Positions 38,543 through 52,089 of a stretch of DNA of 64,000 bases are shown in pieces. The stretch spans positions 63,488,001-63,552,000 of the forward strand of contig NC_043003.1 in assembly GCF_006345805.1 (NCBI RefSeq). The letters are read 5' to 3'. Made by a program: the position numbers and the translations under genes. The notes under the pieces are model-generated. The model saw only the letters and a program-made list of their open reading frames with translations. It made no database searches and was not told the DNA's origin. Position 1 is the first letter of the stretch. Every line of letters begins with the position of its first letter. This stretch comes from Octopus sinensis. Its lineage: Eukaryota.

Positions 38543-39373
38543 CAGTGGAGGAGCTAGAGCGTGTGCCACCTGCGCAACCCTTGAATTTATATATCCTGCC
38601 CTCACCCCTATACTGCAGACCTGAAAGTGCTTTCCAGCTAAGAGCGCCACTCGGGACGGACCGTTATCATTCTCCGCTATCTTCGCTCCTAGAATAAGTC
38701 AAGAACTGTACGGCAATGCCCACAACTTTTTCCCATGCCACCATGACTAGCAGAAGGAAGTTATCTTTAGATAATCGGATATTTGGTTACGAATGCTGGC
38801 TACATGATAGACTCGGTCAAGCGTTAGTGTTAAATGACGGACTAAATTGACCACCCAAATAGATATTTAGTGGGTGAACAAACAAATGAAATCCTACGTG
38901 GTCATTCGACCAACTAGAAATAGCAGCCAAGTCTCCTTCAAATACACCCTACTGTCTACAGAAACGGCCACGTTAGGTAATGTAGTCCTGAGTCCCTTAC
39001 ACATTGGAAAATAACGAGATGGTCCCGGCTGGGATGCCTTTGATCATAGGCCTGCTCGATCGGGCTTGACGCGGAGTTAGACAACAACCTCTTTGAATCA
39101 ACAAGTATCTATATAGTGACACGACCGACAAGAAAGAGCAATCAAGTAACCCTCTCAAATTACATCTTATCGTCTTAGAAAAAGGGACACCCTGGAATGT
39201 GTGCAGTTGGGTAACTATGGAGGGAATGAGGGGGTGAGGGTGATGGTCCAACCCGGGTGACACTTTTATGAGGCGGTATTTTTTTTTTTGGGGGGGGTCA
39301 CCTGTATATGTCTGCATGGGCTTAGGAGCCTTGGGGTGGGGACGGGGTAGCACTCACTCTAGCTACGCCACTA
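38543..39373. mobile_element. Degenerate DNA-transposon-like TIR pair
   Basis: cagtggaggagctagag / ctctagctacgccacta; no matching TSD. Confidence 0.35.
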
Positions 39374-40049
39374 AGAGTGTCGTCTTACATATATCTAGGG
39401 TATGTCCGAAAATAAGATTAAATGGCCATGGCTTGAACACCTTTTAGTATAAATCTACTCATGTATTAATTCAATGACACTTAACATATTCTGATAGTTA
39501 AATACAATAATAGTTTCAAATTCTGGCACAAGGCCAGCAATTTCAGGGGTAGGGGTAAGTCGATTACATCGACCCCATTGCTCAACTGGTACTTATTTTA
39601 TCGACTTCAAAAGGATGAAAGGCAAAGTCGACCTTAGTGGGATTCGAACTCAGAACTTAAGGACGGACGAAATGACGCAAAACATTTTACCTGGCAGGCC
39701 ACCTTAAATACAATAATAAAACGATAACATGCCCAACACATTTATGATCAATTCAACAGATGAATTTATTGATATACTTAGAACAACCACACCTAAAAAC
39801 ATCATTGCTCCCTAAGATGTTAAGCAGTTAATCATTAATGTGCCAATAAACATCGTAATATATTCCATAGTCAAGCATGCATACACCATCAACACGATGG
39901 GTGAAATGCTTAGCGGCATTTTTGCCACCCTTACGTTCTGAGTTCAAATTACGTCAAGGTCGACTTTGCCTTTCATCATACCGGGTTCGATTAAATAAAT
40001 ATTGGGGTCGATGTAATCGACAAATCCCCTCCCCTCAAATTTCAGGCCT

Positions 40050-41595
40050 TGTGTTATTAACTGTTCAATGTTTGGTTTATTGAAGCAACTTTCTACTGCA
40101 TCGTCTTCTACACTTCCGTGTTACTGGGGTGTGTGCAGCATTGTGTGTTCTTTTCTGCTGTTGGGAGTGTGCGAACTCTTCCTGGTACTGTATTGTGTTG
40201 TGGTGCTGTCTTTTGTTGTGTTACTGCTTATATCGTGTTGAGTGTGTAATACCTTGATTTCTGGCTTGCTGGTGGAAGTTTATTCCACTGGGTAAACGGT
40301 GTATAGAGTGTATCTTGTATTTGTGGGTTGCTTTGTTTAGGTTGTATTACTGGATTGATAACGTCTCATATAGGATATGGGCAATTCCTAGCAGGGCTAT
40401 TTTTTAGACAGTGTGTAGTGTTGAGGGTCCAGGTATAGCTTCTACATTTTTATTCATATGATTTTTTATCATGCCCAATGCTCCAGTTATTCTTTTCTCC
40501 TCTAGGCACAAGGCACGAAATTTTGGTGAAGGGGACCAGTCGATTAGATCGACTCCAGTACGCAACTGGTACTTAATTTATCGACCCTGAAAAGATGAAA
40601 GCAAAATCGACCGCAGCGCAACAGCGCAATTTGAGCTAAGAACGTAAAGACAGACGAAATACCTATTTCTTTACTGCCCACAAGAGGCTACACACAGAGG
40701 GGACAAACAAGGACAGACAAACGGATTAAGTCGATTATATCGCCCCCAGTGCGTAACTGGTACTTATTTAATCGACCCCGAAAGGATGAAAGGCAAAGTC
40801 GACCTCGACGGAATTTGAACTCAGAACGTAGCGGCAGACGAAATACCTATTTCTTTACTTCCCACAAGGAGCTAAATATAGAGGGGACAAACAAGGACAG
40901 ACATAGGTATTAAGTCGATTACATCGACCCCAGTGTGTAACTGGTACTTAATTTATCGACCCCGAAAGGATGAAAGGCAAAGTCGACCTCGGCGGAATTT
41001 GAACTCAGAACGTAACGACAGACGAAATACCGCTAAGCATTTCGCCCGGCGTGCTAACGTTACTGCTAGCTCGCCGCCTTAATGCTCCAGTTATTATTGG
41101 TATTGTTTTTACCTTCATGCCCTATATTTTGAATACTTCAATTTCGAGGTCTTTGTACTTCGACAATTTCTCCAATTCTGCATTGGCAATCTTTTGATCT
41201 GAAGAAACAGTAATGTCTACAGGTGATTTTTCCCCAATCACTGACTATCATGTGTGGACGATTAGCTTTTATGAACCTGCATATCCGAGATGATTGTGGC
41301 CTGATCGTTGTCTTGTATCTTGCTTGGCACATGCTTATACCACTTGCACTCAGTTTTGACGTTGTAATGTTGGCATATTTTCCAGTGGATATAACTGTTT
41401 ACTTTGTCGTGTCTGTATACATATTCAGGCTTGGCAAGGACTGGGCAGCCCGAGGTGATGTGGTCAACTGTCTCATTGTGCTGGTTGCACAATCTACATT
41501 TGGTGTTGAGGCCTGTTTTCATTATTTTGTTTTTATAATTTTTCGTAGTCAGGCATTGGTCCTTTCGTTTCGGCTTTTTGTCCAAAGCTTTTGAG
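40050..41595 (-). mobile_element. 5'-truncated R4/Dong-like RLE non-LTR retrotransposon (C-terminal zinc knuckle plus restriction-like endonuclease)
   Basis: CRLC...ETVDHITSGC, RHD, ANRP, KYKDLEIEV, IPIITGALG, KIALLGIAHIL; interrupted by SINEs at 40492-41080. Confidence 0.8.
40492..41080 (-). mobile_element. Trimeric SINE family B composite with 15-bp TSD
   Basis: TSD aatgctccagttatt at 40477-40491 and 41081-41095; two internal gaaatacc|tatttc junctions. Confidence 0.85.
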
Positions 41596-41607
41596 CCATT
41601 GTTGGCT

Positions 41608-41692
41608 TTTACTTATTATTATCATTACTATTATTATCATTATTATTATTATTATCATTATTATTATTATTATCATTATCATTATTATTATC

Positions 41693-41739
<47 letters not shown>

Positions 41740-41806
41740 CATTATTATCCTTATCATTATTATCATTATCATTATCATTATTATCATTATTATCATTATT
41801 ATTATC

Positions 41807-41847
<41 letters not shown>

Positions 41848-41885
41848 CATTATTATCATTATCATTATTATTATTATTTATAATA
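41608..41885. repeat. (ATT/ATC)n microsatellite
   Basis: Direct inspection. Confidence 0.95.
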
Positions 41886-41889
41886 ATAT

Positions 41890-42190
41890 GTGAGAGCGCA
41901 TGACTTAGTGGTTAGGGTGTTGCACTTGCGATCTAGCGATGATGAATTCAATTCCTAGACCGAGCGGTCCGTTGTGTTCTTGAGCAAATCACTTCATCTC
42001 ACGTTGCTCTGCGACCACTTCGACACCTGACAACTGGTACACCGTGCATCTGTTCGGACAACATCGATTTGATGGAAAGAGTTAGTTAATGTGCGGCACG
42101 AACATCTGATCGCTATCAGCGAATCATTTGCACTGGTAGTTCGGCAAAAGCTGAACGCTCATACGACGTCTTCGACCGGGAGAGTTCATC
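41890..42190 (+). mobile_element. tRNA-head SINE related to family C
   Basis: gtgagagcgcatgacttagtggttaggg...ttgtgttcttgagcaaatcactt; ends at (CAT)n. Confidence 0.65.
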
Positions 42191-42521
42191 ATCATCATCA
42201 TCATCTTCATCATCATCATCATCATCATCATCATTAACATCATCATTATCATTATAAGGCGGTGAGCTTGCGGAATCGTTAGCTCGGCGGGCAAAATGCT
42301 TAACGTCATTTCATCCGTCTTTACAATCTGAGCTCAAACTCCGCCGAGGTAGACTTTGCCATTCGTCTTTTCAGGATCGATAAAATAAGTACCAGTAAAG
42401 TACTGGGGGTCGATGTAATCGACTAGTCCCCCACCCCACCCCCATCTCCCAACCATTTTCAGACCCTTGTGCCTGTAGTAAAAAATATTATAAATCTACT
42501 CGATCAAGGATGAATAACATT

Positions 42522-42569
<48 letters not shown>

Positions 42570-43086
42570 CACTAATACTGCTGCTGCTACTGCTGCTGCT
42601 GCTACTAATGTTGTTGTTGTAGAATACCATAGGTATTTTGTCATTGGCCTAACAAGGGTTGTTAGTGCCGGAAGGTAAAGACCTTGTTGGTCCCCACCTT
42701 CCCTTAATTAACGGGCATGATAGGCCAGAAGAAATCTTGCACACACACACAACCCCCATACACTTCTTCACACCCTCGCCCGAGGACCATTACTCTCCTT
42801 CTTCTCCGTCTCCCTTTCCGCGCAACGTCTTTCGCATTTTCTTTCTCCTGGCGGGTGTAGAAAACCTTGCCTGCGGGAATTCAGTATTGAATCTTCTGAG
42901 TTTGGCGTCTTTCTTCGATTAATAGATTCTTCGATTAAAAGATGTCCACGTAATTTTTTTTTCTAGCGATATTTATTTAGAAATATCTATTTAACTCTCC
43001 CTTTTTCTTTTCTTTGCCTGTAATATCTCTTTTCTCTTTTTATATATATATAGATAGTATATATGTGTGTATATATATTATATATA

Positions 43087-43120
<34 letters not shown>

Positions 43121-45574
43121 CTTTCTATGGTCCTCTCTCTCTCCCTGACTCTCTTTCCGAAGAGAAAAAAAAAAACAAAAAAAAAAGTAACCCCGAAAAG
43201 CACAGTTTTCATTGTCATTCGTAGTCAGAGGAGTTTCGTGTCATCTACTGACAATTGCACTGTTTGGTATTTAGCCTGTAGACAGGAAAACTGTTTATTA
43301 GCTAAAATATACACAAGAGAAGAAAATTAGCTTTAATGAATTCTCGTGACTCAATATTCAGCGCGTCTCGCTCGATATAGGACAGAATGGTGAATTACCA
43401 TCTGCGAAAGTTCAACGCTACTGTCATGATATCAAGAATAAATCTCCTTCACTTTAATACAAAACCCTCTGCTAAAATATCTCGTTCATTCATTGTACGG
43501 TCGGTCTCCTGTGCTGAATGGGAGAGAATCTTTGGACAGGAACTAAATCTTGCATTATTGATTTCATAGGATATTTTGGCACGGCTCCAAGTCAGTAGTA
43601 ACGTTTTGATACAAGAAATTGCATCTGATTACTTTGCAACAGAAATAAAAACAGTTTATTTGTTCCGCCTGCCAAATATTCCTTCATTATTAATGAGATT
43701 TGGTCGATTATTACTTAGCGTCGTTCTTTGCAAGGGATTTTCGCTAAATACGGTGCTATGTTTTTGGTTTTCAATCATCAGGACCAACACTCACCCATCC
43801 ATCCAGCCTCTTTCTTTGTGTTATCGTTTAGCCCTCGGCTATTCCTAATTGGATAGACCTGCGATCAAAAGTATTCCAGCGATGACCATGAAATCATTTT
43901 AATTCTATCTTTTCTTCTTGCAAACACCTAATGATGCATTTATCCGTATGTCCGTTTTATATTTAAAGACAGTGAGTAATTTGAAGGAAATCTGGCTGCT
44001 ATTTCTAGGAGATCGAGTGACCACTAGGTGGTTCCTTCTCTTCCTATACAGGCGGCAATATTTAGCGAGATATATATTAAGTTTATGGCAGTATCGTAAA
44101 AGAAAGTTAAAGATAGCGTTGTTGCTTTCTCAACGAAGTGGGATGAATAATTTATAAGTGAGGTCATGACAGGACGCTGTGGGGTCAAACAAGTTGTCAC
44201 TCATTTCTAGTTCCATAGAAATACACGACCCACCGACCTTTTTTTCTGCGCTGAATAATTAGGAAGTGATCAGTAGTAAAACGAAAGGTTATATTTCATT
44301 TGTCAGTTTAACTGAGCATATCATACTGGTTTAGGGAAAAACAGAACACACAAGAAAGCTGAGAAGCTTCAACAATAACGGCAGCCAAAACAGTGAAAAT
44401 AGAACTCATAAACAGTCTTTTAAACGCCTCATTCAGTGACTACTGCTTATCAACGTTGTAAATCCAACAAGAGTCATCTACGTGGTCTTTCAATCTGCTA
44501 GAAACAGTAGCCAAATCTCTTCCTTCTATCTCTTTCTTAAATCATAGTATATTGTCTAACACAGTGTTTCTCAGATTATTATTATTTTTTTTTTTAACTA
44601 TGGACCCCTTCAATTCCTATTTTACTTGGGCGGTCCCTTGTAGCTATTCGATGTTTTAAAAACCCTGTTGTGTTTTTATGATTAAATATTATGAGGAATT
44701 ATACCAAAAAAAAAATTGCTAAAATATGTTGTGCATCGTAGAATTATAAGCAATTTAATGCGCATAAAAAGCAAAAAAATCTTACATGGACCTGGTTGGG
44801 AGTCCCACTGGTCTAAGAAAAGAATAATGTGAGCGTGAGTTCCTAATACATAGCCTTTAAATCCTTAAAGCAAAATGAACTTCACTAATGGAATCGTAGT
44901 CAGAAGAGTTTCTGTTAGAAGAAAAATGTAAGTTGGGAGATTTCGTAAAACCGAACAGCATTTCTTTTCCATATGAGCTAATCCGGAAGAGGGCGAAGAG
45001 AAAAATCATACAATTCTGCTTATAAAAAGACTGATGCGGACTAAATTTTTCATCATGTCAAATTGTACACATGGCTCTCCAAAATAGATTAGGATAGGTT
45101 CTTTAAATTGAGAAACAACGCAAGTCATGGGCTGTACCTTTGAAAATGAAGACTCAGTCACAACACAAGCTGAAATTATTAGACATATTTCTGACTGTAG
45201 ATTTGCCCTTCAATTCACGAGTCAAAGATACACAAAGTTGCAGTAACAGGAAACCACGTATTCATGGGCTAATTGTGAAATTAAAGTTTTCTTTGTTTTG
45301 CATCGCAGCACGAGAGAGTGGTCAAAGCATGGTTAACGAAAGGTGACATGTGGTCAGTGGGCGTCAAAATAAATTTACAACTTATCGTGGCATTCGAAGT
45401 GCGCAGAGGCAAACCGGAAGTGGGCCTAATAAAAAAAAGCGTAGAAACCAAAGAACATGAGATTAAATAATACATCTCAGAAAAAGTATTTGCTACATTT
45501 GCCGGAGTAAAAAATGTCGCAGACGGGAAAGTTTGAGTAAAATCAAGATAAACGAAAAGTAATCCTTTCTACTG

Positions 45575-46625
45575 AAGGTACAATGCCTGAAAATTTGGGA
45601 AAGGGGATTAAGTCGATTACATCGACCCCAGTGTTTCACTGATGCTTAATTTATCGTTCCCGAAAGGATGAAAGGCAAAGTCGACCACGGTGAAATTTGA
45701 ACTCAGAACGTAATAGCAGACGAAATACCCATTTCTTTACTACCCACAAGGGGCTAAACACAGAGAGGACAAACAAGGACAGACAACCGGATTAAGTCGA
45801 TTATATCGATCCCAGTGCGTAACTGGTACTTATTTAATCGACCCCGAAAGGATGAAAGGCAAATTCGACCTCGGCGGAATTTGAACTCAGAACGTAGCAG
45901 CTGATGAAATACCGCTAATCATTTCGCCCGGCGTGCTAACGATTTTACCAGCTCGCCGCCGTATAATGATTTCAAATTTTGCCACAAGGGCAACAGTTCT
46001 GAGGGGAGGGGAGGAATCGGTTACATCGACTTTGGTACTCATCTGGTACTTATTTTATCGACTGTGAAAAAATGAAAAGAAAGTCGACCTCGGCGGAATT
46101 TGAACTCAGAACGTAAAAACGGACGAAATGTCATTAAGTATTTGTCCGGCATGCTAACGATTCTGCAAGCTCGTTATCTTCAGATAAACGAAAAATAACG
46201 AAAATCAACAGCACCAACAAAAGAAGAAAACACACCAGTTTCTTTTCTTTTCTTTTTTTTGTTTTTGTTTTTTGCGAGGTGAATAGGGTGCCAGCCAAAA
46301 CTCTGGGGATGGCAAATGAAACCACATGGTTGCAAAGCGAGCTCCCTAACCACACAGCTGTTGGAAAGAAACATTTTATCACATTATCTCTAACTGCCTT
46401 CTCTTATACTTTTCTACTTTAGGCACAAGGGCCCGAAATTTTGAGGGAGGGGACCAATCGATTAGGTCGACTCTAGTACGCAACTGGTACTTAATTTATC
46501 GACCCCGAAAGGATGAAAGGCAAAATCGACCACAGCGTAATCTGAACTCAGAACGTAAAGACAGACGAAATACTGCTAAGCATTTCGCCAGGTTTGCTAA
46601 TGATCCTGCCAGCCTGCCGCCTTTA
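45575..46625 (-). mobile_element. SINE family B cluster including a nested dimer
   Basis: Modules ~45575-45960, 45975-46175 and 46420-46625. Confidence 0.8.
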
Positions 46626-47446
46626 GAGCCGTTATTACAAAGATGGCGAAGACGGCGAGCTGTTTCTCTTATTAGCAAAGAAAGAATACATTTACCTTCT
46701 CCAAGTATGGTAGAGATGGGTGACGAATTTCCGTAATAGGTGAATTACAACAACATAATGAAATATATCAAGTGAAATGCGACGATGTAAACACAAGTTA
46801 GGAAAGGTATCAGCGAATGATAAAACGACTGCACTTCGGGATATGCTATTCTGTGTAGACGTGGAGATTAGGCTAATCAGCCGGATATTGATGTCAAAAG
46901 AGACCAAGAAAAGAGGTACCGCCCAAATGGAGTATCAGTTTGAACAGATGATATGGTAACTCTAGAAGAAAAGTCAAGCTATCCAAATATAAAGCTCTAG
47001 AAATAGAGAAAACCAGAATATGGCAATTGAAAACTGATATAATCCCTGATATAAGTTAACCGATAACCGACGCTCTGTTTGTAGCTATTTGTTTGCTAAT
47101 TTAATTTAATTTTCTGCCTTTATATTCGTCTCTCCGATTGCACAAACAAAATTTTTCTGATTTTTTTGATTTGTGCACCTTTTACTGACAACAAATTTAT
47201 AACACATAAGCTTACGGGGCTTTATGTCTATTCTGTAGATATAAATGAATATATGAATATATGTATGTGTTTGAGATCTTTCTGTGGATTTTGTAGTGCT
47301 CTTGTAGTTGCTGCTCGCGTTGCCTCCCCTCGGATTAAAAAGTGTATACAGCTCATTTGAGCACTGCTATTCCAGTCTGTTATATATTTTGAGCGTTGTT
47401 GTCACTAACGATCAAGATATAACTTCATATTTTGTAATATATATAT

Positions 47447-47491
<45 letters not shown>

Positions 47492-48378
47492 GATACATTC
47501 ATATACATACAATAGAGAGATGTTTTTGTTTCACTTTTAACACGTAATACTGAAATAGTGGAGAAGATATGATATTGCTGTGGGCTCGCTCTAGGCAAGA
47601 AGTTTTTTTTTGCCAATGACACTACATGGACCCTAAGTAAGGCATGTGTAAAATTTGAATGAAATTGGTTGCGTAGTTCTCAAGTTTTAGGGAAACACAC
47701 AGACAGACAGACAGACACACATTCTCAGTTTTATATATATATAGAGATATATATATATGTTCGGTGCGAATGGTTAATATATATATAACAATTTAATAAA
47801 TAAAACATATGCATATTTAGTGATAAATAAAACATATGCATACATATATGTACATACCTACATCTATATGTATATATACATGCATATATGGGTACAGAAC
47901 ACCACAAATAAACGTAGAACACAACGAGAAACGAAAACATAAAAACAAAACAAGGAAACGGACTTTTTTTAACAAGGAAAAAAAAAGTACAAGACATAGA
48001 TAGATAGATAGATAGAGAGATAGAGAGATAGAGAGATAGATATGCATGTGTGTGTGTGTGTGCGTGTGTGTGTATGTCTGTGCATATATGTTTCTGTTTC
48101 TGTTTGCCATCACTTCTTGACAACGGGTATTGGTTTGTTTATGTCCTTGAGATGTAGCGGTTCGGCAAAAGAGACCGACAGCATAAGTATAAGATTTAAA
48201 AAAGAAAAAAAAGTTCTGGGGTTCATAAGTTTAACTAGATCTTTCAAGGCGGTCCCTCAGCACGAGAGCAGTACATTGAATGAAAAATAAAAAAAAAAGG
48301 ATATCCACAAAAGCCTGCTCATACCCGTTGCACGGTGGGATTTGAACTGAGAACATAAAGGAAATGACAAGAAACCTT

Positions 48379-48478
48379 NNNNNNNNNNNNNNNNNNNNNN
48401 NNNNNNNNNNNNNNNNNNNNNNNNNNNNNNNNNNNNNNNNNNNNNNNNNNNNNNNNNNNNNNNNNNNNNNNNNNNNNN
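48379..48478. other. Assembly gap (100 N)
   Basis: Run of N. Confidence 1.
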
Positions 48479-48825
48479 AATCCTGCATGTAAAAAAGCAG
48501 CCTTGGAACTGTCTGTGAGTCATTCTGAAGGTGGATATAGTCAGCATAAAATCGAAGAAAACCTCTGGATCCCGCTTTCTACAGTTAGTGTAATTGTGCA
48601 ATTTACTAGAGAGGGGAAGGTGTCCACATCACCTTGTCTAGATCAACCAGGGGCCTCTGACAGGACCCTTCTCTTTCCTTAGAGAAATGTGGAGGATAAT
48701 CCTCGTTGCAAGTTGATGTCAGTCAGCAGAGCAAGTTGATGTCAGTCCCAGAACAGGTATCTCTACAGGTTACTTTGGCAGAGCAGGTATCTCTACAAAT
48801 ACTATAGCAGGTATCTCTACAAATT

Positions 48826-49505
48826 ACTATAGCAGAACAGCAAGAAGGAAGCCACTTCTTCGACCAGCCAATATGAAACGGAGAAAAGATTGGGCCAGTG
48901 AGATGGTGGAAAGGCCATTAGCATTCTGGGACAATGTCTCATTCTCTGATGAGGTCGGATTTCCTGTATTTCCTAACTGGTCGAGTGTGGGTCTGGAGAC
49001 TCTCTGATCAAGAATTTGATGTGAAAAGATTGCAACCAGCAATGAACACAGCGGCTATTCTGTGATAGTCTGGGGGGCAATTTGGACCAACGGTTGATCA
49101 GAGCTGGTGGAGTGTGAGGGAAAGATAAACTCAAATAAATATGTGTCTATATTGCAGAAAGGACCCTTTCCAATCTTCTCCAGTGATGAAATGATTAATG
49201 AAGACTCTCTATTTATGGAAGATGGGATTTCTTGTCACACGGTTAAAATGACCCAAGATTTCTTGGAATAGAATGGCATTAGAAAGCTTCCATAGCCAAG
49301 CCAGTCACCAGATATGAACCCTATAGAACACCTCAGGACATTTCATGAACAGAACAAGAAAGCATCTTCAAAGCCAGATCTTTTAAGATTATTGCATGAA
49401 ACTTAGCAAGAAGTTCCGCAAGAGAATATTCCTTATATGATCAGTAACATGCTTAATAGGGTCCTTGCATTGAAAAATGCAAAGGGCATGTCTACTAAAT
49501 ATTAA
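48826..49505 (+). pseudogene. Degenerate Tc1-family transposase (DD34E) catalytic region
   Basis: ARRKPLL, FSDE, WGAIW, FMEDG..CHT, PSQSPDMNPIEHL, AKGMSTKY*; several stops and frameshifts. Confidence 0.85.
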
Positions 49506-49618
49506 ATGTTCACATTATAACAACTAAGAAATAATTTGAATGTATATTTCAGATTTAAATAAATTTTAATGATTATAAGGGTGTCTACTTCTTTATATCT
49601 GTATATATATCTGTACAT

Positions 49619-49670
<52 letters not shown>

Positions 49671-49769
49671 ATATATACATGTTATATAAACTGTACTGGG
49701 AGAAGAAGAAACGAAATGAATCGAATCGACGCGAGGGCGCTCAGTCATACAATAGTGTAATAAATAAAA

Positions 49770-50050
49770 TATATGCATACATACATACATATATGTACGT
49801 ACCTACATCTACATGTATATATACATGCATATATAAATATATATACGTGAGTACAGGACACCACAAATAGACGTAGAACTCATCGAGAAACGAAAACGTA
49901 AAAACAAGCATGGAACGGACCTTTTTTTTAACAACGAAAAAACAGGGTACAAGACAAACTACACAAGGAAAAATCCCCTTCATCAGCTGTCCCTAGTTCA
50001 ACTCCAGCGTGTTTCGAAGGTAGGACAGAACACGACTCGTCGACTAGCCC
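49770..50050 (-). repeat. Penelope-terminus-like repeat with CTGATGAAGG / CCTTCGAAAC
   Basis: tcatcag at 49980-49986 and gtttcgaagg at 50011-50020; related copies at ~47810-47995, ~14110-14250 and in the 62.6-64 kb repeat unit. Confidence 0.45.
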
Positions 50051-50372
50051 TTCCTGCGAAGAAATTAAAGAAAATTACTTCGCAGAGGGGTAAAAACAAG
50101 GAAAGAACAAATGTGACCAAACAGGACGTAAAACGATATAAATAAAATTACAAAATTAATACAAAATAAAAATACAATTACAAAAAATACAATACAAGAA
50201 AATAAAAACAAACAAGAAAACAAAACAAAGAGGGCCTTTTTGGCTTTTGCCGAGACGAGGAGATATTCAAGGAGCGCAAGAAAACCGTGTGTTAGAAGGC
50301 CGCATGCAAAGGAAGTATTTGGCCGGCTGTGAGAGAGATGAGGAGGAGTGAGATATATATATATATATATAT

Positions 50373-50581
50373 CGTTGCTATTATGTTAACCTCTCGTATG
50401 TCCAAATTTGACCAAATGCATTTTCTTTCAATCTTTATTTTTGCTTGCGATAGCAGATGGCAGGATATCAAAAATTGTCAAAGTGTAGTACAACGGTTTT
50501 ACTATGCAATGGTGAAACTATTTTTTCGGTTTCTGAAAAAGCAACGTTTTGGACTTACGACACTTTCGCATAATAGCAACG
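50373..50581. mobile_element. MITE in TA microsatellite
   Basis: cgttgctattatg...cataatagcaacg, inner cgtatgtccaaa / tttggacttacg; (TA)n both sides. Confidence 0.6.
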
Positions 50582-50729
50582 ATATATATATATACAAACA
50601 GTTAAATCGAAGGATATTAAAGTGAAGACCCTGAAGAACCTGTACCGGTGTTACAGTAAGTCTGCAATTGCAACGGTTACTAATCGTAGCTGTAGAAACA
50701 TGTGTAGGTCTAATTGAAACTCTCTATAT

Positions 50730-50936
50730 ATTCTTTTATTCTTTTATTGGTTTCAGTCATTTGACTGCAGCCATGCTGGAGCACCGCCTTTAGTCGAACA
50801 AATCGATCGCAGGACTTATTCTTTGTAAGCTTAGTCATTATTCTATAGGTATCTTTTGCCGAACTGCTAAGTTACGGAGACATAAACACATCAACAACGG
50901 TTGCCGAGCGATGGTGAGGGTGACAAACACAGACAC

Positions 50937-50967
<31 letters not shown>

Positions 50968-51135
50968 TATATATAAACGATGGGCTTCTTTCAGTTTCCG
51001 TCTACCAAATCCACTCACAAGTCTTTGGTCGGCCCGAGGCTATTGTAGAAGACCCTTACCCAAGATACCGAGCAGTGGGACTGAACCCCGAACCATGTAG
51101 TTGAAAAGCAAGCTTCTTACCACACAGCCACGCCT
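50730..51135 (-). mobile_element. SINE family A
   Basis: Reverse complement colinear with 54199-54613. Confidence 0.8.
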
Positions 51136-51274
51136 AAAAAATTAAAGGTAATGCTGATACTACTTCGTAATAATCCTAATTATTATTATTGCTATATATA
51201 CATACATGCATACATACATGCATACATACATACATACATACATATATACATACATACATACATACATACAAACA

Positions 51275-51334
<60 letters not shown>

Positions 51335-51344
51335 TTATTTATAT

Positions 51345-51640
51345 AAAGTCAAGGTAGAAAATGCTAAAATAATTTTATAAAAAACATTTCAGTACCGGTT
51401 TCAGTCATTGAGACTTCTTCAACTGTAAGCATGGAAAACAATTAAATTTTGGAAAAATTAAATGAAAAGTTTTTAAAAGAATATTTGAATAGTATGCAAA
51501 TATTCTTAAAAAAAACTTTTCATTTAATTTTTCCAAAATTTAATTGTTTTCCATAGTTACCGCTGAAAAAGTCTCAAAGTCTGAAACCGGTACTGAAATG
51601 TTGTATATAAAATTATTTTAGCTTTTTCTACCTTGACTTT
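51345..51640. repeat. ~145-bp-arm foldback with hammerhead-like motif in both arms
   Basis: Loop at 51488-51496; minus arm CAG-TTGAAGA-AGTC-tcaat-GACT-GAAACCGGTA-CTG (51390-51425). Confidence 0.85.
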
Positions 51641-52089
51641 TTCTCATATATATTACAACTCGTGTATTCCTTTTCAACCTTCTACACACACACGCATATA
51701 TATATATTTGTATGCTTATTTCGAGTCGGCATAGCTATACTAATAACCTGGTGTTAAAACTCAACATACACATGCTTCAGAAAAAATCGTCAACCGAATA
51801 CAGAGCATAATAATAAGAGATTAATAATAGACAGGGGAACAGGAAATTATGTAATGAACTGCCTTAGCTTACAGTCGTTTCTTCAGTGCTTGTGTATCAC
51901 CTTATAGCTTCGTCGGAGCTTCATAAATATTTAAACAGCTTGTGCCTGTCTTTCAATGAAGACATAATAACCAAATTACTTCAAATTTCATCTTATTTAA
52001 CTAAAAAAAAACATTCACGCTGAAATACGATTTAACTCTTACCATCATAGGTCTGTTCAAGAGATTAGTAACAACATTAGAAACACTAA

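Noticed and set aside
42750-42960. Minus-strand open frames with protein-like composition (INRRKTPNSEDS...)
   Set aside because: Purine-rich strand keeps several frames open; no start, splice or homology support.
45342-45365. Peptide GDMWSVGV resembling protein-kinase subdomain IX
   Set aside because: No flanking kinase motifs (APE, DFG, HRD) and no suitable donor site; likely chance.
50615-50712. CTGAAGA ... GAAACATGT hammerhead-like words
   Set aside because: No stem II pairing between the two core halves.
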